This document shows, one piece after another, positions 1 through 12,958 of a DNA stretch of 64,000 nucleotides. Origin of the DNA: Octopus sinensis (Eukaryota); NCBI RefSeq assembly GCF_006345805.1, contig NC_042998.1:52018001-52082000 (forward strand), in the 5' to 3' direction. The stretch's first letter is position 1. Each line of letters opens with the position of its first letter. The notes under the pieces were generated by a model. It saw only the letters and a list, made by a program, of their open reading frames with translations, was not told where the DNA came from and ran no database searches. The translations under genes and the position numbers were made by a program.

Positions 1-69
1 AATGTTAGAGTGTGACAGAGAGACAGAAATGGGTGTCTTGTTGTTGACGGGATACATGGTTACCCAGTC

Positions 70-122
<53 letters not shown>

Positions 123-307
123 CATGTGTGCACATGCATTTATGAGTGTTTACCTGGCTTTCTTTTCAAACTTCTCACTAATGAAGTAAGAGCCTAGAAA
201 CTCAAGACTTTCACTGGAGTTTAGACAAGAGAGTCTTGTTTGTTGTATGTATGTATGTATGTATGTATGTATGTATGTATGTATGTATGTATGTATGTAT
301 GTATCTG

Positions 308-376
<69 letters not shown>

Positions 377-378
377 TT
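70..378. repeat. Compound microsatellites (GA)n, (TG)n, (GTAT)n, (CTAT)n; similar tracts occur throughout the window
   Basis: Read directly; they explain the MYVC/IYLS/HTYI-type ORFs. Confidence 0.97.
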
Positions 379-426
379 GTCTGTTTTTAATTATTTAATT
401 TCTACTTCTGGAGAAGGAGTTGGTTT

Positions 427-895
427 CTAACAAAGATACAAAGCTCCATTGTTGGAATGTAGATAACAAAAAAAACAATACCACATTTTAAACCTGAGAA
501 AAGTCTTGCATATCGTTACTGTTCCCCTTACAGATTGTATTTGTAATACATGAGTCAGTTGGTTGATTGCTTTTTCTGAAAAATCCAATCCAAACTTATT
601 GAGACTGGCATTTAAGCATTCACTCACAAAACCAAGTGCACCAATTATCATTGATATAAATGTGAATTTGTAATCTGGATATAGATGCTGGAGGTTTCAA
701 GGCAGCTGTCTATAGTTATCTTCTTTCTCTCCAAAGAGATATTCACATCAGCAGGACAGCTGACCTCTGTGATAGTGCATACTTTTTCTTGTCTGTCCCA
801 AACAATAATATCTGGCCTGGTATACCTACATTTGACAGATGTCAAGTGTAGGCATACCAGGGAATGGATTTCTTGTGTTGATATTTGTGTACATA
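427..895 (-). mobile_element. R4/Dong-like non-LTR retrotransposon, C-terminal restriction-like endonuclease remnant
   Basis: Peptides RPDIIVWDRQEKVCTITEVSCPADVNI and IIIGALG...TICKTFLRFKM, typical of RLE-clade elements; frameshifted. Confidence 0.8.
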
Positions 896-939
896 TTCAG
901 TAAGAGAGGGATTCTTTACATTTATCTTTTGCTGAATTG

Positions 940-1330
940 CTAGGTTTCAGAGACATAAACACAGCAACATCGGTTGTCAGGTGGTGGTGGTGGAGAGGAC
1001 AAACAAAGACACATGCATACCCACATATTAATGGCCTTCATCTGGTTTCTGTCTACCAAATCCACTCACAAGGCTTTGGTTAACTTTAGGCTGAAGGAGA
1101 ACACACTTGCCCAATGTGCCACACAGCAAGACTGAACCTGGAACCATATGATAGGGAAGTAATTTTCCTACCAACAGTTAGAGCTTTTTCAGTTTCCATC
1201 TACCAAATCTACACATAAGGCTTTAATTGGCCTGAGGCTATAGTAGAAGATGCTTGCCTAAGCTGCCACACCGTGGACCTGAACACAGAACCATGTGGTT
1301 GGGAAACAAATTTCTTATCACACAATCATG
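940..1330 (-). mobile_element. tRNA-derived SINE family B, degraded
   Basis: Head block CTACCAAATCCACTCACAAGGCTTTGG...GAAGACACTTGCCCAAG shared with many copies. Confidence 0.75.
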
Positions 1331-1399
1331 TGGTTGTGTATGAATGTATGAATGTGGTGTTTATGAATGTATTCCATAACAGTGAGATTTTCTAAATTT

Positions 1400-1625
1400 A
1401 TTTCACAACAGTCTCTTTTACGTTGTTTTAGCAACTACATCGTGCCATATAGGGAGGTAGTACCATTAAGGACATTTTAGGACAGCTGCTAATCACATGC
1501 ATGATGTCTTCCACAGAAACATGACATAGCCTACACATGTGGTTGCACTTTGGGATTACAAGAGTGTCACTCTCTCTTGTTCACGAAGTACTTCGTGGTA
1601 ATCTCCTGTTCCTGGATTGCAAATA
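1400..1625 (-). mobile_element. R4-like element, CCHC zinc-knuckle region (probably same element as 427-895)
   Basis: EGYVFAIQEQEITTKYFVNKRE followed by CRLCHVSVEDIMHVISSCPKMS. Confidence 0.7.
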
Positions 1626-1823
1626 CATAGCCCTCATGTATGTATGTATGTATGTATGTATGTATGTATGTATGTATGCATGCATGCATGCATGTATGTA
1701 TGTATGTATGTAAGTATGTATTTATGTATGTATGTATGCATGTATGTATGTATGTATGTATGTATGTATGTATGTATGTATGTATGTATGTATGTATGTA
1801 TGTATCGATCAATCAATCAATCT

Positions 1824-2150
1824 ATCTCATCATCATCATTGTTCGACCGTGGTTGAGACAATGGAATTTACCATGCTACGCCAGACTTCACGGTCCATCA
1901 TGGCATTACAGAGGTCCTGTTGCTGGATGCCTGTATCCCTGGAGATTACATCAGGGTAGGAGAGTGTGCACCCTCTGGTATTGCAAGTAGATGGCTTCCA
2001 GAGGAGAAGAGTAGAAATTACCTATTTTTCAGCTCTACAACAATGTCCAGCAAACTGGACTCTCCTTCCTTTCACAAGAGATGACACGGGTGGTAGTTTC
2101 CTATATATTTGCATTTTGGTTGGATGGCGCTTCTACGCGAGATTTCCAAT
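1824..2150 (-). mobile_element. RTE/RTEX-type LINE 3' end
   Basis: RRVQFAGHCCRA...LLLWKP...DTGIQQQDLCNAMMDREVWRSMV then (TGA)n tail. Confidence 0.75.
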
Positions 2151-2214
2151 CTATCTATCTATCTGTCTATCTATGGCACCGCGAGTGTGTCGTTGCTCTC
2201 TCAAGCAACTCTGC

Positions 2215-3212
2215 CGTCCTGGGTCGACCTTAAGTGACTTCAACACAACCAAAGCATTCTATAGGGGTTTAGTGGAGGGGAGGACGACGACGAGCTCGGG
2301 GCGAACCTGGACGTCGACGAGGAGTACCTGACCCGCCTGTTCGGGACGACTTTCGAGCCAGGGCCCATGGACAACTTCCAGAGATCCCTGGCCTGGCAGT
2401 GCTACCGAGAAGCGCTACCGTTCGGGATAAGCTCTACAGACACGGCTCGAGAAACACGGGGCCGACCTGCCGAGAGATGCGGTCAGAGCGACGAAACCGT
2501 TCTGCACGCACTCGTTCAGTGTCCAACAATTTCCGACCTGTGGGCTTATGTCGAAAACAACTGCTGTCACGTGTTGGACGAGTCGGTTTATCAGCTGAGT
2601 TATCGTCAATATTGTCACGCCTCCTTCCTTCAAACGGGAAGGAAGAGCTATTTTCATCATCCTTGTGGCTATGGCGAAAGAATGTATCTGGTGGACGCGT
2701 CTGAAAGGATTGGAGACAAACACTTTCCTCTTGGTCAATCTCTCATCAACTTCTTCAAGTACCACTTGAAAAGGAAAGTGAGAGTAGAGAGGCAAGTTTT
2801 GTCTAGCGAATGTTTTAAAAAAAGATGGGTGAATGTAGCAAGAATGGCACGTATGAATGACGAAGCCACCTTGAGCATATCCTATGAACCCAGAAATCGA
2901 AAACAGAGAGTTGCTTATTTGTGGTTTTCCGTAGGCTTTTCTTTCCACGGGTAAACCTCACCTGTCCTCCCCTTTACAATTCATATTGACATTCTGTGAT
3001 AACGATCCCTATTGATCAATTTTTTTTTCCTCTCCCCCTTTTTTTTTTTTTTTTTAAAACCCCTTTCTTTTGTCCTCTTTCTCTCCTTTTACGATCCCTT
3101 TTGATCGAAACTCCCCCTTCCTTTTTTTTTTTTTTTTTTAACCTTCAAAAGAAAAGCTCTACCTTGTAATTGTTCTATCTGTGTGCAGCCCTGTGTGGCT
3201 AATAAAGAAACA

Positions 3213-3215
<3 letters not shown>
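2215..3215 (+). mobile_element. L1/Tx1-clade LINE 3' end (zf-RVT region), 5' truncated
   Basis: ORF 2367-2954 SLAWQCYREALP...RCGQSDETVLHALVQCP..LWAYV; T-rich 3' UTR, AATAAA, (CTAT)n tail; CpG-rich, so likely young. Confidence 0.85.
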
Positions 3216-3256
<41 letters not shown>

Positions 3257-3273
3257 CATCCATCCATCCATCC

Positions 3274-3310
<37 letters not shown>

Positions 3311-4146
3311 CCTACCTATCTATCTATATATCTAATCTACCTATCAATCTATCTATCTATCTCCTTTCTCCCTCTCTCACACCCTCAATTTCCCTTCTTT
3401 CTGCCTTCTCACTCTAGCTCCTTCTTTCCCCTTCACTCTCTCTAGCTCCCTCTTTCTCCCTCTCTCTATCTTTCTAGCTATTGATCTATCTATCAATCTA
3501 TCTATCTATCTTTCATTCTGTCTTTCTCTCTCTTTCACTCTCTCTCACTCACTCCTTCATTCGCATATCATCTCATGACTCTCTTTATCTCTCTACATGT
3601 TTTTCACCCTATCACATTTCTTTTCCCATAATGCACCTCTTTTACACACCTTTTTCCATGTTTTTCTTCATTCTCTCCCCTTATTTCCTCCCCATCTATC
3701 ACACTTCTTTTCCCTTCCTTTCTCACTGACCTTACCCTTAACTTTCTCTTTCTTTCATCTGACCTGTCCCTTCTATGCTCCTCTCTCTCCCCCCTCTCTC
3801 TCAGTGAGTTTACACTGAGATGGTTGCCTTCTGTCTTTGAACTGGACCCTGACCCCTCTTTACCTTTTAAAAACAAACATTGTTGCGTTGGGGTAGGCGA
3901 GTGGGTTCTGTCTGTGCCCCTGACTTCATTCTGAAGGTCAAAATACAATAAACAATGAAAGAAAAAAAGGAAAAAAACAAAAAAAAGAACATTTAACAAA
4001 AATATCAAAATAACAAAGTAGTAGTAGTAGTAGTTATGATAATAACAGTAATATAAAAATTTAAAAAGAAAGTTTAAAAATTTAATAAAATACAAAATGA
4101 AAGAGAAAATAATAATAATGATGATAATAATAATAATAATAATCTT

Positions 4147-4530
4147 TTACTCTTTTACTTGTTTCAGTCATTTGACTGTGGCCATGCTGGAGCACTGCCT
4201 TTAGTCGAGCAAATCGACCCCAGGACTTATTCTTTGTAAGCCTAATATTTATTGTATCGGTCACTGTTGCCGAACTGCTAAGTTATGTGGATGCAAACAC
4301 ACCACCATCGGTTGTCAAGCAATGTTGTGGGGACAAACACAGATACACAAACATATACACACACATACATATATACATATATACGACGGGCTTCTTTCAG
4401 TTTCCATCTACCAAATCCACTCAGACGGCTTTGGTCAGCCTGAGGCATATAGTAGAAGACACTTGCCCAAGGTGCCATGCAGTGGGAATGAACCCGGAAC
4501 CATGTGGTTGGTAAGCAAGCTACTTACCAT
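4147..4530 (-). mobile_element. SINE family B, near full length (tRNA head, internal (TA)/(TG) microsatellite, body, AAAAGA-type tail)
   Basis: B-box-like GGTTCATTCCC in head; same layout at 34025-34432, 35940-36290, 47485-47880, 61025-61460 and 5750-6125. Confidence 0.85.
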
Positions 4531-5059
4531 ACAATAATAATAATAGTAATAATGATTTCATTTATTTGCCAGGAGGGTAAAAGTTGAGGGGGAGAATACA
4601 AAGACAGACATAAAATGTGGGGGTTTACATATAATGGAATGATAAAAAAAAAAGAAGGAGAGGAAGTAATGGTTTCTTTATTGGCCACAAGGTTGAACAG
4701 AAACCACATAAGGACAATACAACACAAAGGACTAGTGAGGTTTAGTACAAACAACAATTAACAATGAAATTAAACAATAAAATCCCCAAAAGGGTGGAGT
4801 TTGTCCTAGGGGCAACTGAGAAACCCCACACATCCTGGTTATCTTGGCTGCCAGGTGCACCTCAATAATAATAATAATAATAAAAATAATAATAATTATT
4901 ATTATAAAATCTATAGAAATCTAAATATAAGAGAATTTTTAAATTTAATAAAATATAAAAGAAGAAAATTGTTTCTGTTGATTCCCTGTCATCCTCCCCT
5001 CCTGTTTTATTTGGTATTGCTATTTACTTCTCATTGGTGACATTATTGCAGTCCAAGGG

Positions 5060-5575
5060 TTTGTTCAGCTGTCACCACCACCACCACCACCAGGCACCAG
5101 CACCAGCACCAGCACCAGCACCAGCACCAGCACCAGCACCAGCACCACCACCGCCACCAAGCACCAGCACAAGCACCAGCACCACCACCACCACCGCTAC
5201 CACCACCATCACCATCACCATCACCACAAACATATACACTACTACTACCAATAACAATAACAGAACCACCACTACTACCACCACCACCGCCACTACTCCA
5301 AACAGAAACACCTCCATCACCCACCTTCACCATTATCGACACCCCACCCTACCCATGTACTTCACCCTCAACACTATCACCACCCTCATCACAAACATAC
5401 ATCACCACTAGTGCCACCGCCACTTCCACCACTGCTGTCACCACCACCACTGCCACTGCCACCACCACCACTACCACCACCACCACCACCACCCTCATCA
5501 CAAACACATACTACCACAACAAAACCGCCACCACTACCCCCACCACAAACAGAAACTTCACCACCATGCAACCAT
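5060..5575. repeat. Degenerate (CAC)n/(CACCAG)n low-complexity tract
   Basis: Read directly. Confidence 0.9.
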
Positions 5576-6408
5576 GAAACACAGTGTTAGCTTTACTGCA
5601 ATGGTCAAATGAGTGGGAAGAATATCTGTCAATATTTGAAAAGTGCATCTATAGATATTTAATTGTATCCCCTCTATATTTTGAGTTCAAATCCTACAAA
5701 GGCAATTTTTACCATTCATCATTCCTAGGTGGAGGAAGGAACCAATAAAATAAATACTCATGTGGTTGCGTGGTAAGAAGTCTGCTTTCTCAGCCACATT
5801 GGTTCTATGTTCAATCCCACTTGTGTGGCACCTTGGGCAAGTGTTTTCTACTACAGCCCGAGCCCAACTAAAGCCTTATCAGTGTATTTGGAGGATGGAA
5901 ACTGAAAGAAGCCCATTGTATATGTATGTATATATTTGTGTATGCCATTGTGTTTGTGTTTGTCTCACACCACCACTTGTCAATCAGTGTTAGTTTGTTT
6001 ACATCTCCATTGCTTCAGCAAAAGAGACTGATAGAATAAATAACAGGCTTAACAAAAAATAAGTACTAAGGTTGATTTGTTCAACTAAAATTTCTTCAAG
6101 CCTATGCCCCAGCATGGCCACAGTCTTTTACAGCAACAAGGAAAATATAACACTGCCCAATACGATTTTTGTCCTTGGGTAGCAATTGTTGTTTCCTATT
6201 TGCTTACTCCTAGAAACCTTGAAAAATGGTTAATATTTCCTTCAGACTTTGCTTTCGTTACATTTATTCAAATCCCAAAGAATCCCTCTGAACACATGGC
6301 TATTATGTTCCCCAACTAATCCTGCTCTTGATCAGAGATGAACATATTGTCAGCCACCAAGGAACATGCTCAATTTCAAACAATGCCATAGCTTGATTGT
6401 TCTCTTAA

Positions 6409-6583
6409 TCCTTTAGCATTCAGATTCCTCTGTCAAATGTCTTATTTACTTATTGGCATGAACATAAAACAGTTTGAACATAAAACAAGTAGAATATTAA
6501 GGCTGGTTTAACCCATTAAGTCCCAGAGTACTTAAACTTCTAAATATTACTTTTAAATTTTTACAGGTGATTGGAAATAGGTT

Positions 6584-6618
<35 letters not shown>

Positions 6619-7068
6619 GTTTAATGTCTGTTTTCCATGCTAGCATGGGTTGGACAGTTTACCGGGGTCTGGGAAGCTAGGAGGCTGCAATAGGCTCCAA
6701 TCTGATATGGCAGTATTTCTACAGCTGGATGCTCTTCCTAACACCAACCACTCCATGAGTGTAGTGGGTGCTTTTTACGTGCCACCAGCACAGATGCCAG
6801 GCAAGGCTGGCAACAGCCACAATTTGTTGGTGATTTTTATGTACCACGGGCACGGAAGCCAGTCAAGGCAGCACTGGCATCAGCCACGTTTGGATGGTGC
6901 TTTTCATGTGCCAAATAATTATTAAAATTCCCTTACTTCAAGTAGAAATGGGAATACTCAGTGTCCTATAACTAGAATACTGAGACAATGTGATATAGCT
7001 TATTTAATCTTTCCATTTAGTGTCCTATTTATAGGTCAGTGGGACTTAATGGGTTAAATACTAAAGGG
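6409..7068. mobile_element. Two nested TTAA-flanked piggyBac-type MITEs (outer 6409-7068, inner 6512-7053)
   Basis: Outer TTAA|TCCTTTAGCATT...ATACTAAAGGG|TTAA; inner TTAA|CCCATTAAGTCCCA...TGGGACTTAATGGG|TTAA. Confidence 0.65.
6587..6915 (-). mobile_element. RTE LINE 3' UTR inserted in the inner MITE
   Basis: Tail CCAACCCATGCTAGCATGGAAAACAGACATTAAACGATGATG plus GTGCC..GGCAC repeat units. Confidence 0.75.
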
Positions 7069-7334
7069 TTAAGCATAAACCCTTAATGTGACTTTTCAGT
7101 TCTGCTAGGAGCCAGCAAGTTTTTGCCTAGATATGGTAATGACGGACATCTCTTGCAGTAGGTGTTAGCACTTACCATCCATGCTGACACATGCATTCGT
7201 TCTATCATAGAAATATCATTGAGTGTTTTGCCTTTTTTGGCCATAACCAGTCATAGGATGCAACATACACATATACATATATGTACATACATACATACAT
7301 ACATACATACATACATACATACACACACACACAC

Positions 7335-7780
7335 TCCCACATACACACACACACATTAACACAGGTATACTGGATACTGATGGAACACTCCTATCAAAAC
7401 ATCTGTCAAGTGTAAACATAACAAGTTTGGATATTGTTGTTTGGGAAAAACAAGATAAAGTATGTACCATTAGAGCAATCAGCTGTCCTGCTAATGTGAA
7501 TATCTCTGATAATAATGTGAATATCTCTGATAAAAGAGAAAAAGGATAACTATGGACAACTGCTTTGAGACATTCAGTTACTATATCCAAATAATAAAGT
7601 CATGTTTATACCAATAATAATTGGTGTATTTGGTTTTGCAAGTAAATACCTAACTGTTAGTCTGGATAAGTTTGGATTTTCAGAAAATCAAATCAACCAA
7701 CTGACTTGCACACTACAAATATAATCTATAAGTGGAACAATAAAAATATGTAAGATTTTTCTCAAGTTTAAAATGTGACA
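7335..7780 (+). mobile_element. R4-like RLE C-terminal remnant, second copy
   Basis: Homologous to 427-895 (TSVKCKH...DIVVWEKQDKVCTI...SCPANVNI...FKM stop). Confidence 0.8.
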
Positions 7781-7790
7781 TTATTTTTTA

Positions 7791-8019
7791 TTTCTTTATT
7801 GCCCACAAGGGGCTAAACATAGAGGGGACAAATAAGGACAGACAAAGGGATTAAGTCGATTACATCGACCCCAGTGTGTAAATGGTACTTAATTTATCGA
7901 CCCCGAAAGGATGAAAGGCAAAGTCGACCTCGGCGGAATTTGAACTCAGAATGTAACGGCAGATGAAATACCGCTAAGCATTTTGCCCGGCATGCTAACG
8001 TTTCTGCCAGCTTGCTGCC
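7791..8019 (-). mobile_element. SINE family A monomer (tRNA head plus Meta-domain-like core)
   Basis: B box GAGTTCAAATTCC, core GACTTTGCCTTTCATCCTTTCGGGGTCGATAAA; flanking duplication ATGTGAYATTATTTTT. Confidence 0.9.
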
Positions 8020-8682
8020 TATGTGATATTATTTTTGTTATCTATATTCCACTGATGGAATTTTGTATCTTTAATAGAAACCAGCTCCTTCTTCAGAGAT
8101 AGAATTCAAATAATTAAAAACAAAAGAAAACATCCATACATACATAACAGGTTTCAGAACAGTTTCTATACTCAAACTCTACACACAATGTTTTAATCAA
8201 TCAAGTACACTGTAATAGAAGATACATGTCCAAAGTGTTGTCCATGCAGTAAGATTGAAACTAGAACCATGTGGTTGCAAGGCAAACTCCTTAATCACAT
8301 AGCTAATATGTTATATGAAGAATTTCCGCTATTAGCACAAGCAGACGAATAATTGACTGAAAGTAAAAAGGTTCCACTGAATACCTGCTATTTATTTTAT
8401 TGATTATCTCCTCAGAGACCATTGTCATCATCGTCATCGTCATCATCATCATCATCATTATCACAAGATCCATCCACTTTCCTATACTTGTATATATATG
8501 TTGGACAGAGTTCACTGAAGCAGAATTTCTACTGCAAGATGCTCTTTCTATATTTCCCCAGGGCCTGACATGTTGGTGCAGTACACTGGAAATGAATGAC
8601 TGACTCTACACGCGTGGCAGTAACAACCATTTACAACTGTCACATGGTGTTAGAATAAGGAGATACAAGCACACACACAATA

Positions 8683-9560
8683 TATGCGGTCTAATCGATA
8701 AGTATCCGGACTGTTGCCATATTAACAAAGCTAACACACGCAGAGTAAAACTGCTTGGCAAAAATTGCACACTGAATTTTGATATTCTAATTCACTTCCG
8801 CTGTTTACAGTAGTGCTTGGAAGGAACATGCGTAGCCTGTGATTGTCGCATTGACTATGACAGAGAAAGTTGTCATGGTAATATCTGCTCAGAGGCTTGC
8901 ACAAAGTTGCAAAAAGTGTATGGAGAGGAGTGTATGAGCTGCATACAAATATACGAGTGGTTCACATGTTTCCAAGATGGCTGAAAATATGTCAATATTG
9001 GCGAACGTTCTGGGAGACTCGCGACCAGCAGAACTGAGTAAAACATTGCAGATGTGCATGCAGCTGTGAGGGGAAATCATTGAATCACCATCCATGAGTT
9101 ATCAGAGGATGTACAGATTAGTAATGATTCAGTTCAGTCCATTATCACTGAAGATTTGGGTATGAGACACATGTCTGCCAAGTTTGTGTCAAAACTGCTT
9201 TCAGCTGACCAAAAAGACACTCAGGTTTCAGTTGCACAAGATTTCCTTGATTATGTCAAGAATGATGAAAGCTTCTTGAAAACTTTCTATAGGCCTCTGG
9301 GCAGGTATTGCCAAGCTTTTGGCAAAATTTGATGCAAATTCTTTACTCAAGTTTCTCTGTCATGGTCAATACAACAATCACATGCTACACACATTCCTTC
9401 CAAGCACTGCTGTAAACAGCGGAAGTGAGCTAGAACTTTAAAACTTAGTGTGCATGCAAAGCAGAGTTCAAGGTCAATCTGTGCCAAGCAGCTTCACTCT
9501 GCATGCTTTAGCTTCATTAATATGACAACAGTCCGGATAATTATTGATCAGATCATGTAT
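8683..9560 (+). mobile_element. Internally deleted mariner transposon with both TIRs
   Basis: TIRs GGTCTAATCGATAAGTATCCGGACTGTTG and CAACAGTCCGGATAATTATTGATCAGATC; N-terminal remnant KVYGEECMS..QIYEWF..F...ERSGR...ITIHELSE...IITEDLGMRHMSAKFV. Confidence 0.85.
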
Positions 9561-9562
9561 AT

Positions 9563-10390
9563 GCAGGGCGTTGAAGCTAAAATTTGACAGTTTGCATAGA
9601 AAGCCAAGAAAACACATAATCCCATCCAAATATAAAAGTATTTAAAACAAATCAAAAACTATCAACTATATTATGGCTGGAAGATAAAAAAGCCACCCTC
9701 AGCTTCCACTATGGCCTCAAGACAGCTCCAGAACCTGGTGCAGGCACTCCTCACTGTGTTCCTGGGAAGATCTTTGAACACCTCCTTGATCTTGGCCACA
9801 AGATTGGCAGAACAGTTGGTGTCTTTCTCAACTGCACCCCACACATAGTAATACATGGGATTAGAATCGGAGTAATTAGGAAATCAGAAACTCGGACTAG
9901 TGAAGTCATAGAAATTCTCCAACAACCACGTCTTTCTGAAGGTATGGCAAGGAGCCAAATCCTGCTGCCACACATATGGTCTTCCAGCCAGAGATTGACC
10001 CCAATCTGCAGCAGCTTTCCATAGATGTCTGAATTGACCCTAAGATGGGAAGCAGCACAATGTCACCGTCACTGGAGACAGATGCAAAGACTGCCACAGC
10101 TTGGAGAAACTTGGTTTTTACACTGTCCATGTCATATCTTAATTCTTTATTGCCCACAAGGGGCTAAACATAGAGGGGACAAACAAGGACAGACAAAGGG
10201 ATTAAGTCGATTACATTGACCCCAGTGCTGCGTAACTGGTACTTAATTTATCGACCTCAAAAGGATGGAAAGCAATGTCGACCTCCGCGGAATTTGAACT
10301 CAGAATGTAACGGCAGACGAAATACTGCTAAGCACTTCGCCGGGCATGCTAACATTTCTGCCAGCTCGCCGCTGTCCATGTCACATCTTA
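9563..10390 (-). mobile_element. Tc1/mariner-superfamily (maT/DD37D-like) transposase remnant
   Basis: KTKFLQAVAVFASVSSDGD, YVWQQDLAPCHT, NPMYYYVWGAVEK...EAEGGFF across frameshifts. Confidence 0.78.
10142..10371 (-). mobile_element. SINE family A inserted in the maT remnant
   Basis: 19-bp TSD CTGTCCATGTCAYATCTTA at 10123-10141 and 10372-10390. Confidence 0.9.
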
Positions 10391-10682
10391 CAGCCTTTAC
10401 AGAATTCCAAGAGCATTGAGCAGCAGTCATGATGTTGGCATTTTGATACCCAGCATGAATCATCCTGATGCAGATAACTCTTTTCCAATATCCAGATGGC
10501 TTTTAATCTTCCTTGTCAGCTAACTTTACCTCAACTATAGCTTTTATGTCTATGCTCTCCAACACCATTGACCATTCACCAATATATCAAGCTATTCTTG
10601 AAAAAAGGGTATATAAACACTGTCAAATTTAGTTCAAGCATACACACACACACACACATATGATCGGTTTAATTCAGTTTCT

Positions 10683-11098
10683 TATTTCTGTATTGTCCAC
10701 AAGGGGCTAAACATAAAGGGAAAAAACAAGGACAGACAAACGGATTAAGTCGATTACATCAAACCCACTGCATAACTGGTACTTAATTTATCGACCGCAA
10801 AAGGATGAAAGACAAAGTCAACCTTGGCGGAATTTGAACTCAGAAAGTAACAGCAGACGAAATACCTATTTCTTTACTACCCACAAGGGCTAAACACAGA
10901 GAGGACAAACAAAGACAGACAAATAGATTGAGCCGACTATATCAACCCCAGTGCGTAACTGGTACTTATTTAATCGACCCCGAAAGGATGAAAGGCAAAG
11001 TCGACCTCGGCGGAATTTGAATTCAGAACGTAACGGCAGACAAAATACTGCTAAGCATTTCGCCCGGCGTGCTAACGTTTCTGTCAGCTCGCCGCCTT
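10683..11098 (-). mobile_element. Dimeric SINE family A (Twin-like architecture); also 14770-15153 (-) and 37473-37860 (+)
   Basis: Second unit lacks the A box and joins at a fixed junction GTAAAGAAATA|GGTATTTCGTCTGC. Confidence 0.85.
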
Positions 11099-11904
11099 AA
11101 TTCAGTTTCTGCCTATCAAATTCACTCACAAGAATTTGGTGGCTAGAGTAGAATACACTTACCCAATGTGCCACACAGTGGAACTGAACCCAGAACCATA
11201 TGCTTGGAAAATAAATTTCTTACCATGCACCCATGCCTGCATCTATGTACAAAAGCAAAACCAACACCGGAAGAATGAAAATGAACTCTGAGTTTAAAGG
11301 ATCATAACAAAGTACCAAAAGGTATTATAGTCTGATACTGTATTAGTTCTGTCACTCAAATGTCTTTGCATTGTATTACAATATCAGTTTCTGTCATTTG
11401 ATGTTAGCTCACAGATTATTTATTAGAAGAGGGAAGGTTTAATGGACATTTGATTTAATACTTGATCTCTCTGTAATATAACTTGTATTTATTTTAAGGA
11501 CTTTGGCAGGATGAAAGTCAAAAGTCAACTGAAATCCTTTTTAAACCCAGTGAGATGAAAAGCAGAATTAAACATTGCACAGGAGTAAAAATAAAATAAA
11601 ATATCTAAAGATATTCAATTTTTTTATGTTATTCAATATGCAATTTTAAATATTTACTCAATTATTCTCTCATCACTATTTTTGCAAATATAATCTATTG
11701 ACTTTAATCTTTTACATGTTTCAATCATTGGACTGTGGCCATGCAGGGGCATTGTCTTGTAGGGTTTAGTCAAACAAATCAACCCCAGTACTTATTCTAT
11801 CAATCTCTTTTGCCAAACTTCTAAGCCACAGGAATGTAAACAAACTAACAACAGTTGTCAAGGGATAATCACAAGCACAATGATACACACACACATCATC
11901 ATCA

Positions 11905-12735
11905 TCATCTTCATTATCGTTTAACGTCTGTTTTCCATGCTAGCATGGGTTGGACGATTTGATTGAAGTCTGGCGAACCAGATGTCTGCACCATACTCCA
12001 ATCTGATTTGGCAGAGTTTCTACAGATGGATGCTCTTCCTAACGCCAACCACTCTGAGAGTGTAGTGGGTGCTTTTTACATGCCACCATCACAGGGGCCG
12101 GAGGTGGCTGGCAAACGGCCACAATCGGTTGGTGCTTTTACGTGTCACCAACATGGACGCCAGTCAAGTGGCGCTGGCATCTGTCACGTTCAGATGGTGC
12201 TTTTTACATGTCACTGGCACAGGTATCTTAACTACAATTTCTATTTGATTTTTATTTTGATGTTGGTGTTGACATACTTGACTCAATAGGTCTCCTCAAG
12301 AACAGCGGGTCACTCTACGATCCAAGGTTAGCACAGCAGGCCGTCCTGCGAGCCATGAAGTCACTTCATTTGTCAGGTCTTCACAGTCACAGCATATCTC
12401 AGAGGTCTCGGTCTTCATCATTTCCTCTGTCAGGCCCTACGTGCCACCAGCACAGGTATCACAACTACAATATCCATATGATTTTTATTTTGATGTTGAT
12501 GAACTTGACACAATAGGTCTCCTCAAGCACAGCAGGCTGTCCTGCAAGCCATGAGCTCACTTCATTTGTCAGGTCTTCAAAGTCACAGCATATCTCCAGA
12601 GGTCTTGGTCTTTTGTCATAGCCTCTGTGAGGCTCAACGTACGAAGGTCATGCTTGACCACCTCGTCCCATGTCTTCCTGGGTCTACTTCTACCCCGGAT
12701 TCCTTCAACAGTTTGGGAGTGGCACTTCTTCACAC
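11905..12735 (-). mobile_element. RTE LINE C-terminus plus 3' UTR (two partial copies in tandem)
   Basis: [42 protein letters not shown] stop at 12570-12730; (TGA)n tail near 11900. Confidence 0.85.
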
Positions 12736-12745
12736 ATCTCTCCTC

Positions 12746-12808
<63 letters not shown>

Positions 12809-12849
12809 TATATATAATATATATATATGTGTGTGTGTATGTATGTATG

Positions 12850-12886
<37 letters not shown>

Positions 12887-12892
12887 TGTATG

Positions 12893-12947
<55 letters not shown>

Positions 12948-12958
12948 CATATATATAT

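Noticed and set aside
7900-8019. tRNA genes at SINE heads
   Set aside because: A and B boxes are present but there is no complete cloverleaf, and they continue into SINE bodies
8041-8095. HHR-like CTGATGG...GAAACCAGCTC
   Set aside because: A9 is changed and no stem I or II pairing is found
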